DNA of 62,604 bases, filler included, from Dugesia japonica (taxonomy: Eukaryota), in assembly GCA_001938525.1 (NCBI GenBank). It is 6 parts of 6 records of this genome, joined end to end, with 100 filler letters (N's around TTAATTAATTAA, not from the genome) between each part and the next. Parts side by side here need not be neighbours in the genome. Positions count along the whole stretch, not along the records: positions 19,610 to 28,340 come from MQRL01646138.1; positions 28,441 to 40,711 come from MQRL01594116.1; 4 more parts are not named here. One strand, 5' to 3'. Made by a program: the position numbers and the translations under genes. Within the stretch, counting starts at the first letter, position 1, and the number at the start of each line of letters is the position of its first letter. Under the pieces are notes generated by a model. That model saw only the letters and a program-made list of their open reading frames with translations, was not told where the DNA came from and searched no databases. Below, piece after piece: positions 26,106 through 38,879 of the stretch.

Positions 26106-26390
26106 TTAAGTTTTTATTTCAATGGAGTTTTTTTGGCCTTTTTTTAAACACGGAATTTTATCAGTAGACATGCCAACCGACATATTATTGTCGCTTGATG
26201 ATTTGTCTGCTGACATGTATTGAGATGATGAATTTGCAAATGATAGTTCATTAGAGCAAATTGCAATCTCAATAACATGCCTCAGTGAATTAATTAAGAT
26301 GAAAAGTTCTCCTAAAACCAAGCCAAGTTGAGAAAATATACATTCTAGGCTACTTCTCATAATCATGTTAAAAGATTCAGAATGACTTTC
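26106..26390 (-). CDS. Candidate orphan coding exon (amphipathic helix + Ser-rich tail)
   Basis: 98-codon open frame in a GC-enriched island, with a possible AG acceptor near 26387. No clear domain. Confidence 0.3.
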   Translation of the reverse strand, partial: ESHSESFNMIMRSSLECIFSQLGLVLGELFILINSLRHVIEIAICSNELSFANSSSQYMSADKSSSDNNMSVGMSTDKIPCLKKGQKNSIEIKT

Positions 26391-27041
26391 AGATAACAAC
26401 AATTTTTAATTATTAATATTTATACACATATAATCAATTTAAATGCTAATATAATTTTCTTGTTATCCTTTTAATTTTTTAAATAATATTTATTACTTCT
26501 AAAACATTATTTCGCATTCCCAACATATTAAATTCCCAATAAACTTTAACCAAGAATGATATTTAGGAAAGTAAATTTCTTCTCAAATTATCTTATTCCA
26601 AATAATTATTTACATGCGCTAATTTTAATTGATTTATAAGTATAAAACCATTATAAATTATTATCATAATGCTTTAGCACTCGCAAATCTAATGGATTTT
26701 CTAATGATATTTCTAATATGATGTGACGTAATATGATCTGCGCGTAATAATACAAAATTAGTGAATGGAGAAAAAATTAAAAAACAAAATTATATTATAA
26801 TCGAATATGTTTTTATTATATTTTCTAAAGAATTATATAAAAAAGCTAAGACCTTTCATACATATTTCTGTATCAATTGTAACCTAAAATCTATTATTGT
26901 TATTTAATAGTTTAATTAAATTATTTAATTAGTTTAATAAAAGTTGAAAATAAGATATAATAAACTTTTACAATACTAGTTTGTCAATTAAATTTCTAAA
27001 ATGGTAAAGAAACTTAAAATGATTAAATTAATTATTATTAT

Positions 27042-28145
27042 TTTTGGGATTCCACCTGAGTTGAGTGAATAAAAATATGACTGGGGAAAAGACAGCCCTT
27101 AGTGGACCCTTTCAAGAATTTACCTAAAGTCCCTATTTAGGTTTTCGGTGTAGAGCGGTTGATCTCCAACGCGTATTTGATGTACTCACTCGTACACCTT
27201 TATATTCGAGTTCAATATTTTCCCCACTATTTCAATGCAGTAATCATAAGACAATTTTAACAAAAACCGGTACTAGAAGTTTATTTTACATTTAATTACA
27301 TATAATTCAACTCCTCAGGGTCCAGCCACTGGGCGGGCTCATTATTCGTAAAATCGAATGCGGCCTCATCGTCATCGCTATTCCACCTGGTACCACTTTC
27401 TAACTCTAACCGGGTGGATAGGTCGGTGATGTACCTATTCAAGAAGTCGATTTTGTTTAACATAATTTCATTAGTGCAGTTTGCCAGCGCGTCTTGTTTC
27501 TTTATTATGTCTAATTACTTGATCAAACGGTTTCTTTGGGCCAGGTAGTGCAGCAGAGCACGCTCGTTTCGTTTGGCAAAGTGTCGTTCGAGCAAAAGCT
27601 CGTCTAAGGCTATTAGGAAGGCAAATCCTGGGCACTTAATAGAATAAATTGATTGAAAATTGAACTACTTCACTAGTTAGTTATTTAATATAAAAATTAA
27701 TCCGACTAAAATTATGGAATAAGCACTGAACAGAGTTAATTTTAATTCATTTCAACAACTACATAGTCATAATTAACTGACAGTTCTAAAATCGAGGAGT
27801 TTGAGTGGCCTTGGTCACCATCAACGACTCTAAGGGAATATGCTTATGCAATTTCCAACAAATCGTTCACCAGTTTATTTTCACGGTCATGGAGGGACCA
27901 GATAACATCGGCGAAGGATTCAATTTGTTGATTCTGAGCATGTGAAGCTTCAGCTTCCTGACAATAGATTAAGATTTTACTTTTATACCACTTCACTTTG
28001 CTATTAGCGGCGGTGGTGTCGGCCTTCCATTTTCGTTGGTAGTACTCAGTCGGTCGAGGTCCCATGACATTTCCCTATCTTCACTATCCTCTCGGATCTT
28101 TTTGGTAGGGGTGACAGAGCGGTTCAAAGATGAATGCACTAAATA
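27042..28145 (-). mobile_element. Repeat cassette copy 1: two orphan ORF/exons plus LTR-like terminal segment
   Basis: Reverse-complement homolog of 40940-42050. Shared peptides ADTTxAN.KVK...EAEASH...SLHDRENKLV and NER.LL.YL.Q.N.LIK.LDII...NSDDDEA.F.F.N.EP.QWLDP..LNYM*. Shared non-coding end GGG(A/G)TTCCACCTGAGTTG. Confidence 0.8.
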
Positions 28146-28384
28146 GTATAATGTTTAATTAAATTAGTGACTACGATGATGGCATAGCCAAAAAAAATCT
28201 CTCATACGTTATTTAATAATTCGAGATTTTTAAGCTAAACGAACCCAAAAAATAATTATATAAATATTTCCTATGAACAAAACTATGGATAGAATAAACT
28301 ACCTAAGTCAGATAAAACAATCTCTTTTACTCGATTACAANNNNNNNNNNNNNNNNNNNNNNNNNNNNNNNNNNNNNNNNNNNN

Positions 28385-28396
28385 TTAATTAATTAA
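28385..28396. other. Artificial contig linker
   Basis: N44-TTAATTAATTAA-N44. Confidence 0.95.
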
Positions 28397-28549
28397 NNNN
28401 NNNNNNNNNNNNNNNNNNNNNNNNNNNNNNNNNNNNNNNNTATATAATTATTATCATTATATATTATCTCAAGAAGAATACATTTTTCAATAGTAATCCC
28501 TTAGACACTAAATGGGTAGTTTTTTATTCTGATTCAAATGGTATCAAAA

Positions 28550-28730
28550 TATTATCATTATATATATATATATATATAATCATTATTTATAACTACTATC
28601 ATTATATATAACTATTATAATTATATATAACTATTATAATTATATATAACTATTATCATTAGATACAGCTATTATTATTATATATATTATTATATTATAT
28701 ACTTATATAATTATTATTATTATATATAAC
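28550..28730. repeat. AT minisatellite (TATATATAACTATTATCAT)-type, degenerate
   Basis: Same ~19-bp unit as 29449-29975. Confidence 0.8.
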
Positions 28731-29448
28731 TGTAATGCTATCGTTTTTTACAAAAATGTTTTTTTTACGAAATGCATGCATATACACACATACATACATG
28801 CATGTATGTATGTATATCCTATAATATAAGAAATTATAAATAATAAATGCGTCAATAAGAAGTATTGACAAGAAAATTAAAAAATTGAAATTAAATTTAA
28901 AAAATGAAATGTTTTTCTTGACAACCGCCAATTTGGCTTTAAAAAGATATAAAAGATTAAAAAAATACAAACTTAAATGGAAAATTAAAGATAAACAGAT
29001 TCTCGGCAACCGCCAAATGTACAGAACACTTGGAATTAAAATTCATATCAAATTTTAAATTAAATTTCCCCAAATCTAGATTTAGAANNNNNNNNNCTGA
29101 AAACTAAAGGAACTCTACAAATCCAAATTCAACTTTCGTTAATCCAAAATAAAAACGGTAAATTTTAATAATTTTTCTGATTAATAAAATTGTTAATTAT
29201 TTAAATAGTTTATTATTTTTTCATATTATTTCATGTTATTTTTATTCTTAATTTTACTGTATAAATATTCACTATTAATTGTACGACTATTTATAAAGCA
29301 TTCACCCCGGATGTCCCAACATTGAGACAGGAGACTCTTAAACAAATAAGATTCAAAAATTTCCTCTAGCAATTAAATACAAAATAAATTGAAAATTATA
29401 GAAAAGTAAAATGCCCCAACCGCTTATTGTGCACTAATTAACTTAATA

Positions 29449-29975
29449 ATAACTATTATCATTATATATAACTATTATCATAATATAACTATTATACTTA
29501 TATATAACTATTATCATTATATTTAACTATTATCATTATATATAACTATTATCATTATATATAACTATTATCATTATATATAACTATTATCATTATATAA
29601 ATATTATCATTATATATAACTATTATAATTATATATAAATAATATCATTATATATAACTATTATAATTATATATAACTATTATAATTATATATAACTATT
29701 ATCATTATATAACTATTAATATTATATATAACTATTATAATTATTTAACTATTATCATTATATATAACTATTATCATTATATATAACTATTATNNNNNNN
29801 NNNNNNNNNNNNNNNNNNNNNNNNNNNNNNNNNNNNNNNNNNNNNNNNNNNNNNNNNNNNNNNNNNNNNNNNNNNNNNNNNNNNNNNNNNNNNNNNNNNN
29901 NNNNNNNNNNNNNNNNNNNNNNNNNNNNNNNNNNNNNNNNNNNNNNNNNNNNNNNNNNNNNNNNTATCATTATAT
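29449..29975. repeat. ~19-bp minisatellite (TATATATAACTATTATCAT)n
   Basis: More than 15 tandem copies interrupted by an N gap. Confidence 0.95.
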
Positions 29976-30479
29976 ATTATCTCGAATTTATTATTGCATT
30001 ATCTTACTGTAGAATGAGTTTTTTGTACTGGAATTTTTCGGCACAAATCGAAGTTTGGCTCTATGTTGATCTATGTTTTTTGTAACTCACAGTTATAAAT
30101 TATGCGGTTTATAAATATTTTAAGTCAGCTTTGTCTAACTTATCTTAATCCGCAGGCAATTTGTTCTTTAGCAAATATTTCGAGGCAAAAATGACCTTGC
30201 CGCTACTAATCAGGGTTTTTTTCGTGTGCATTTACTCATCACACAGATCCTCTATAGTCTGTTGGACTCGATCGAATTAAGTGAAGTTTAGCAGCGTGTT
30301 AATACTGATAAAGTGTTTTGCTCTATGTTTAAGATAATAATAACTCTTGAAAATGAGTGGAATAAAGAGATGTTTCGATACAAGTAAATAACCAATATGA
30401 ATTTTTTTGTTAGTGCCTGTGAGATTTGGTAAAAGAAATACATAATAATTAGAATTAAGATAGTTATTTCATGTAAAAT

Positions 30480-30516
30480 GTACGATAACTCGCGGATCGC
30501 CAGTTGAGCAGCACTG
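30480..30516. mobile_element. hAT/Charlie-like terminal sequence
   Basis: The reverse complement reads CAGTGCTGCTCAACTGGCGATCCGCGAG, a typical Charlie-type end. The partner end was not located. Confidence 0.35.
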
Positions 30517-30922
30517 TTCCAAGAATCTCGCGACCCTCATGTTGAATTTCTGCAGGTCTTATTCATTACAGGTTCTTGAATACTGGTGAAATAATTGTAT
30601 TTGATGATAACCCTACAGTTTGGGCGGGTGCCGCATAAACATGAAATGCCGCTCTCAACATGAGTTTTCGCAATAAATCAATTTTATTTTCCAAATAATT
30701 TCATAATTTCTTTATCAATATTGAATATTTGATAATAAAGTTTATTATTTTACTATTTCAGTAATCGTTTTTAGTTTTATTCATTCATTTATTACGTAAT
30801 TACTAATAACTTGTTTAATTATTTTGTTAAATTTATCATTTAATTTAATTTCTAATATAAAATTACCGAAATTTGTGTTTATCTGATTAATTATGAATAA
30901 TGAAGAGAGATGAATAATTTAC

Positions 30923-31586
30923 CTAAAATCTTTGTATCTTCAGTCGGTTGAGTGATAGTGGAATTAAAACATTGTGATTGTCTTGCTATTTGGAAATGAT
31001 TATTGAGTTGATTAAATAGATTATTTTCAGGTTTTTTTATTACTTTATTGTTAATTTCCGATTCACTATTTTGCTGATTAGATTGGTAAAATGGAGATTC
31101 GGTCAGTTTACTGGATTGAAAAGCATTGTCTATTGTTCTTTTAGTTTGTTTTTTTTCTTCAGTTAAAAGTCGTGCTAGTGAGAATTGATTATTTCTTCGA
31201 GATAATTGGTTTTCGAAATGTTGATTACTTAATGAATCATGTGTTGAGTATTTGTCATCGGAATTAGAATTATTATTTGAAACTAAATTATCGAGTTTCT
31301 CAAATTGGAATGACATATTTATATCGGTAGGATCGGGATTACTAGATATGATTTTATGATAACTATTATATGGCGGAGGAGGTGGTGGAGGTAGTGAATC
31401 TTTAGATATTGCATTTAAAGATGATTTATTAATGACATCGTATTTAGAATCAAAATATATCCCTGAATCAACTGTAGTATTGTCAGTTTCTGAAGACGAC
31501 AGAGATAAACTATCATAATGAGTTACAATATCATCGATACACGTTTGATGACAGTTTTTCAGAGAATAATCCTTTGTAGAACTCAT
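30923..31586 (-). CDS. Coding exon of an unidentified host protein (disordered, S/N/Q-rich, PPPPPPPY motif)
   Basis: 245-codon open frame in AT-rich DNA, likely ATG at 31586 (MSSTKDY), donor G|GTAAAT at 30922. Motifs DSGIYFDS and PPPY. Confidence 0.7.
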
Positions 31587-33727
31587 TGAAAACTTACAAA
31601 ACAATTCTAAAATATTAATTAACTTCAAATATTATTTTATAGTTTTCAAATTTTATTGAAGGAAGCAAAAATATCAATTATTTATCACAAGAATAATAAT
31701 ATTTTAAAATGGCATAAATTTGAATAAAAAATCAAAATTAAACAGTGTAATTGATATAAATAAACAATTATATAAAATAATGTCAGTTTGTATTTTTAAC
31801 TTTTATATAAAATATATTTTCGGTAATAATAAAAAGATTAATAACAAAAAGTTTAAAGTAGTTCACATATAAAATTTATGTTAAAACTCTGATAATTTGA
31901 ATGGCTTTATTATCATTCTTTAATAATAAGTCATAGTTTGTATAATACTTTAAAGTTCTTTGGTGATAGTTATAAAAGTAAAATTATGAAATAATANNNN
32001 NNNNNNNNNNNNNNNNNNNNNNNNNNNNNNNNNNNNNNNNNNNNNNNNNNNNNNNNNNNNNNNNNNNNNNNNNNNNNNNNNNNNNNNNNNNNNNNNNNNN
32101 NNNNNNNNNNNNNNNNNNNNNNNNNNNNNNNNNNNTGTTAGATAATAATAAATGGACACATACCAAATCCAGTGTAATCAATTATAGAAAAGTTAATTAA
32201 ATTAGTTAAATTGGTTATTCAATATTGTAAAATTAGCTAACGCAAAAACTTTGACTAATTCAGAAATACATTAAAATATCATTTTATTCATTCATTCGCG
32301 AAGCATATCGTCAGAGAGCGTCTCGCGCATAAGTTTTAAGAATTTATCTTTAAATAAAGTTGATGTATTAGTTTCTAATTTCACCTAGGAAAAAATAAAC
32401 AAAATAGTTTTCCAAAATCCATTTAAAGTAGTTTAATTTTTGAAAATTTAACTATTCTAAATGGTTGTTTTTTCGAAAATTTTTAAATGTTTCNNNNNNN
32501 NNNNNNNNNNNNNNNNNNNNNNNNNNNNNNNNNNNNNNNNNNNNNNNNNNNNNNNNNNNNNNNNNNNNNNNNNNNNNNNNNNNATTAAGTTAGGTTTTTC
32601 AATTCTACATATTTTCCAAATAAAACACTTTTTTATTTGAAATGTTACTCTTATTGGGAATACTGTTTTTCTCGTGAATTATATTTTGCATGAAAATAGT
32701 TCCTTTACTAAATTAAATTATTTATATTTTTAAATGAAAAAAAATTTCCAATAAATGAATTATTTTCTTTTCTTCTTTCTTAATTAATTTATCGTTTGGA
32801 TGTTAAGTGTTTGTTTCTAACAAAATATATTTTGAATAAATCTTTTTGGTCTCATATTTTTGAAAATAAACAATTTTATTTCTTCTCACCTTTATTACAT
32901 ATTTCTTTTATTATTTATTTAACGCCTTCTCATATTGCTGGATTTTAAAATTATTTATTTTGTCTTATCTGTTGCTTAACAATCAAAATTCTTTATTCTA
33001 TGTTGTTTTTTTCTCTATTTATTTCCGCTCTACTTCCTTTAGTTTTTATCAATAACAATTCAAATCAAGTTGTTTATCTATATTTGTATTCGTACTTATT
33101 TCTTTAACGCTGGTTTAACCAACCCCTGTCCCATTGCTATTGATTATTATCTTTTACTCTGGGCATTCTTTTACCAGTTCCTTAATACCTAGTCTTCTTT
33201 TTGAAAATATTTTGGACTTCTATACTCTTGAGTTTTTTTTTAAGTAAAAAAATGTTTTCTTTTAATTTCTGAATTATTTGTCATTCTTTTCATTTTTTTC
33301 CTGCATAGGTGTGACTAAAAAAATATCCCTAATACAATTTTATATTTAATATTTCCAGTTAATTAATTCATTACATATTTGTAATGCAAAAGTATATTAT
33401 AAAGTCGAAAGAGAATAGATGCAATAAACATAACTAGAAAATAACTTCTTTTCAAATCTTTTCAAAAGTATGAGATCATAATTTGAATCAACAGAAGTTA
33501 ACAACTATATTAAATCTTTTGCTAACACCTCAAATATATAAGGATGAATCTAGAAAATTAAAAGTGTAGATTTCTAGTAATAATATAGATACCGAAAGAA
33601 ATAGTTCTGTTGGGCTAGAACACTATGAAATATTATCGGAATATAACTATTATCGGAATTGTTAATGAAATGAATATTATTATTAATTGGTATTAATACT
33701 ATCAATGAACGAGAATATTAAAGAATT

Positions 33728-33966
33728 CTATGACCAGCGTTTCCTTGAAGATAATATGGAGATCAAAATGTTTTTTGTTAGTGTCTTCGATGTATAATAT
33801 AATATTCGTTCCTTGCCATCTTGTACTTGAGAAAGTACAGCACCAATTGCGTTGTGAGAAACATATGTATCCAAGATATATTTTCCATCCTTTGTTGGTA
33901 AAGCTAGTATTAGTGATTCTGTCAACCTTTTACGTAGCTTGTAAAAATATTCTTTATTTTCATCTG
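33728..33966 (-). mobile_element. Gypsy RT-connection/RNase H fragment
   Basis: TDENKEYFYKLRKRLTESLILALPTKDGKYILDTYVSHNAIGAVLSQVQDGKER. Confidence 0.85.
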
Positions 33967-34225
33967 TCTGAGAAATTTTTCAATACAATAATTTAAAAAT
34001 ATCGATTTTTTAATTTTATGAAATATTCTACTTTACATAAAAATTTCATAAAATATTTTACAAATATCGTTTTTTAACTTTATGAAATATTCTACTTAAC
34101 ATACTAATTTCATAAAATAAATTAAAAATATCTATTTAGTTTTATGAAATATTTTATTAATATTATAAATATTTAAAATTTAAGAAAGATTTCTTAGATA
34201 TTTAAATCTATGAATGATTCTTACA
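33967..34225 (-). repeat. 3' LTR (truncated) of the gypsy element
   Basis: Direct repeat of about 38543-38763 (GAAATTTTTCAAT...AAGAAAGATTTCT-AGATATTTAAATCTATGAATGATT-TTACA). Begins TGTAA on the minus strand. Confidence 0.8.
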
Positions 34226-37200
34226 TAAAGAGAGATATACAGGTCCATACGAGGTGATAAAACAGATTCATGATAGACGATACCTGCTAAAAAGTTCAGA
34301 AGGCAAGATGATTGAAAGAAATGTGGAAAAGAATAAAAAATATTTTAAAATATTTATGAATCGGTCTTATCACCTCGTACGGACCTGTATATCTTTNTTT
34401 GTCTTTTGATCTGTTTTCTACCTTGATTACCACATCGTCTTCAACTTGAAAATGTCTCTTTGTTGGTGTCAACTCTCCGGGTTTTTTATTCTTTTCTCCA
34501 TTATTGAACTATCTTTCTCTATGTATTTTCTTACCGAATATCACTTCTGCTGGACTTATCCCTAAAGACTTCTGGCTTCTTGCATTTAGTGTATATTCAA
34601 TTTTTGGTATTAACTCTGCCCAATTTTATTCTTTTTATCTTTTAATGTTGCATTGATGTAATCTCTGATCATTCTTAATTGCCGCTCTACTATTCCATTT
34701 GTATTATGATGANATGGACTTGAAAAGCAAATTATTATATTCATTGAATCTGTCATCTCTTTGAAGGCTTTCGATTCGAAGGTCTTCCCACAATCTAAAT
34801 GTATCTCTTTTAGGGCACCAAATCTCAGTATACATTTCTCCATAATCGTTTTCGTTATTGATTCCTCATCTTGTTTATCTAGGGCTGTTAAGTATATGTA
34901 AATGCTAAATTTATCTATAATGGCACATATATATCTTTTTATTCCTATGGTTTCTTGGAAAGGCCCACAGATATCAATATAAATACTCTCAAATGGTTCA
35001 TTAGCCTTTAATTTTATAGTTTCCTCCTTTGTTCTATTTGTTGTCACTTTTTTCATTTGACACACTGCACATTCTTTAATTACTTTTGACACAGTGTCCC
35101 TTAAATCTTCCATATCATATTCATTTTTTAAAAATTTATGAATTTTTCCGTGCCTGCATGCATCAATAAATTATCCATTTCTTTTACCATTTGAATTTTC
35201 TTTTCTGCCGGGATCCATATTTTGCCGTCTTTTGTTTTTATTATATCTTCTATTAATCGAAACTTTTTAGATGTTTCATTTTTCATATCATTCTTTATCT
35301 GTTCAATTTCTTCTACGTTACTTTGCCATTTATATTTATCTGAGCCTGATATACCATTAATTGTTCTTGTCTCTATTTTTCCTTCCATTGGATTCTCATC
35401 ATTTGTTAAGCATTGTACACACTCATCACAATTCATTCTCGACAGCACATCTACATTTGTGTGTTTCGCACCTTGTCTTAATTCCAATACCATATCTAGG
35501 TTACTAAGAAAAATCATCCAAGTCTGAAATTGCGAAGTAATTGGCTTGTTTGTCTTTTTCTCACAAAAAATCTTTTCCCATACAAATAATGTTTAAAATG
35601 GTTACCAAAATAGTAAATGGCCAATAATTCCTTTCTTGTTATACAATATTCTTTTTCATGAGCTGGCATTGCATGTGACTCATATGCAATGACTTGTTCT
35701 AAATCCTTTTCATCTATTTATGATAAAACTGCTTTAATTGCATCAAAACTCGCATCTTTATCTAGTACAAACATCTTTTTGATATCTGGAAAGCTCAATA
35801 TTGTTGCTTTTATTAATGCATCTTTCATCTCATTAAAAGCTTTATCATAAATATAATTTTCACGTAGCTCTTCCAAGTTTCTAGCTTTCTTTGAGTAATT
35901 ATTGGTAAATCGTCCATTTTAATTGCATATTCCCAAGAAGCTTCTTAAGTTCTTCACACATTTAGGTCTTCCGAATTTTTTTATCGCTTTAATTTTTGTG
36001 GGATCAGTTCGGACTTCTTTTTTGAATTCGCTCTTAATAAATGACATTTTTGCGGATTAATTCTCAATCCTGATTCTTGAATTCTTTTAAAAACTTGGTC
36101 TAAAATTCTATAGTAATGCTCTATATTTTCTGAAAATACAAATTTATCATTCATGTATTGTTCCTTTAAAATTTTCTAATACTTTTGTCATTAATTCTTG
36201 AAACGTTCCAGTTGCTGCAGTTATACCAAAAGGCATTCTTGTGAAACAAAACTGTCCATTTTTAGTAGAAAATGCTGTTTTTTCTTGTGAATTTTTATGT
36301 AACGGAACTCCATATCTTTAGTACCCAAATCAATAGTACTAAAATATCTTGATGACTAGTATTTCCTCTACATTGGGCATCAAAAATCCCTGTCTTTCTG
36401 TGATTGCATTCAGTTTTCTAAAATCTAGACATAATCTAACGACATTTCTTTCTTTTTCCAAACACATATTAACGGAGTATTNCATTGCGAATTACACTTT
36501 CTAATAATGCCATTGTCAAACAAATTCTTGATAGCTTCATCGATCTTATTCGCTAAATGCATTGGTTGTCTCCATGGTTTCGTATTTATTGGTTTTCTAT
36601 TTTTAATTATTTGATGTTCTACCATTGTTGTTTTGCCGATATCCCAGTTGTCTGCCATGAATATTCCTTTATAAATCATTATAACTTTCTCTAAATTATC
36701 GTATGGCTTGTTAATCAATATTTTTATTANTCTCTGTACTCTCTCTTCATCCGTTGTACTGCGTCCATACTTTGCTTCTNTATTACAAAGATACATTTCA
36801 TTGTCCTTACATTTAGTCTTTCTCAGCAGTTGGAATCAAACTGTTTCTGTAATTCTATTCCTCATATTAGATCTGTATGTATCTGTTTCGCCACAATGAA
36901 TTTAATGGTTTTGCTTTTATTCTCGAATTCCACTTCTACTTTTATCGTACCTACTATTTCAAGCAGACTATTATTGGCACATCTTAAATTCTATTTGCTT
37001 TTTAATTTATTAACTTTTCCCAATCTTTCCAAAATTCTCAAACTCATCACATTAACTCTTGCTCCAATGTCTAACAAGCAATCAACTTTTACGACTTGTA
37101 TTTCAACCGTTATACTTGGTATACCTTGCGTCTTGTCATAACTTATTTCTTGTCGCTTTATCTCTTCTATCGTCAGAATTCCACTTTCATCTTCTTTATT

Positions 37201-38466
37201 TAAATCATTGATCATCTTTGGTTGGCCTCTAATCCATTCTTTCTTTACAAACTTGTAAACCTTTTCTTTTAAATCATTGTACTCATCTACTCATTTATCT
37301 TTGTTTCTTTTATTTATATCATTATTTATACTAATTTTCCTATAATTAAAAATACTTCAATTTTTTGGTATACTTAATTCAACGCTCCGACAATATTGAC
37401 TTCGGTTAGATCTTAGTCATTTGGGTATTCGTCTTTATAAATATTTGATCCTTCATTACACTCGTGAACTTTGTCTTCTCTACATACACAATCTTTTCCA
37501 TTTTTGCTCAATTAAATTAACGTGACTTCCATTTCTTCTTGTGTAGTTATTCGTTGTGTTCGAATAATATTTTTGGTTGTCATTTCCGAGTACCTTTCTG
37601 GTCTGTTCACTTTTATTTTCATAACTAAACTGTCTGTTCATATTTGTGTAACAGTCCTCTGTGTGGTGACCTTTATTGTTACATCTTGAACAACAAACCT
37701 TGGTACAGTCTCTTCTTAAGTGTTGTTCAGATCCACAAGCATAACACATTTTTTCTTTCTTGACAAATTCTGCTTACATAACCTATTTTGTTACAGGTTT
37801 AACATGTTATTTTCGTCTTTCGTTGTTTCTGTTCTGTTGCATTCCTACATTTGGACTCTTATTGAAATTTGTTTGTTCTGGACTTCGGAGAACTACATCT
37901 CTGTAGTTAAGATTCACATTTATTTCTTTAGTTTTTACTTCGTTTTTTATGTCTTACCACTCTTTTACTGCTTTAATACATCGTCTACTTTTTCTATTTT
38001 TCCTGATTTAATTTTATGTTTAATCTTTCTGTCGTTGCAACTATTCATTATTAACTCTTTTGTTAAGTCCTCTTTGTTCCATTTATGAGCCATTAACTTT
38101 TCTACCAATCCATCAACCTTCTTCTTATAGATATTTATATGCTCTCCATTCTTTCAATAATTTAAAGCTTCCTTCATATCTTTAATAATTGTTGATGGTT
38201 TATAGAAAGCCTTTCTGAATTTTTCTTCTAATCCCAATGATTCATAGATTTCACACAGTTCTTCATCTATGACAGCAACTATAAACAAACTCATCTGGCC
38301 TTTCTTTTTTCTGGTTATATCAAAATATTTCGTTGTCTTCAAAATAAATTTTTCGACATAATCGCCCGATTTGAAAATTCCAGGGTTCATGGCTTCTTTT
38401 AGCAAATCCATTGATGCGTTGGTTGCCATATTAGTTAAATTCAAAACCTCACAACTCTCCAGAAAT

Positions 38467-38763
38467 TGTATTTATTATTACACGTGTTTTTGATTAAAAT
38501 AAAAATAATGTCAAGAATAATTCATAGTATTCAAACAAATAATCTAAGAAATTTTTCAATAAAATAAATTAAAAATATCGATTTTTCATTTTATGAAATA
38601 TTCTTCTTTACATAAAAATTTCATAAAATATTTTACAAATATCGATTTAATTTTATGAAATATTTCATTTTACATATGTTTTAAAAATAAATTTTAATAT
38701 TATAAATATATAAAAATTAAAGAAAGATTTCTCAGATATTTAAATCTATGAATGATTTTTACA
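38467..38763 (-). repeat. 5' LTR of the gypsy element
   Basis: TGTAA...TACA termini on the minus strand, followed by a TGG-containing PBS-like TTCTGGAGAGTTGTGAGG and gag. Homologous to 33967-34225. Confidence 0.75.
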
Positions 38764-38879
38764 AGTTTCATCACACAAATCTATCTGGATCTTTCTGATG
38801 TTTTTTGGTGTGGAAATTTCTGTTGGTGTGGAGTTGGTGTCTAATGATATCTTCCATAAATTTTTATTTTCATGACTGA

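Larger units (their letters stand above)
33967..38763 (-). mobile_element. Near-complete degenerate Ty3/gypsy LTR retrotransposon (gag-PR-RT-RH-IN)
   Basis: gag 38444-37480 with CCHC knuckles (CYACGSEQHLRRDC, CSRCNNKGHHTEDC), protease CLLDIGARVNV, RT (KPWRQPMHL...NTPLICVWKK; RMPFG), RNase H, and IN (IYIDICGPF, HLDCGKTF, HHNTNGIVER). Flanked by AT-rich direct repeats. Confidence 0.93.

Noticed and set aside
26106-26402. Resemblance of LGLVLGEL...LRHVIE to the PRR16/INSYN1 coiled coil
   Set aside because: Short heptad similarity only and not distinguishable from chance without a profile search.
29449-29975. Regularly spaced repeats that might suggest a CRISPR array
   Set aside because: Head-to-tail AT minisatellite with no unique spacers, in eukaryotic DNA with no cas genes.
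37720-38088. Hydrophobic plus-strand ORFs opposite retroelement genes (also 9444, 35222, 36830, 39169)
   Set aside because: They are antisense shadows of A-rich gag/pol coding sequence.
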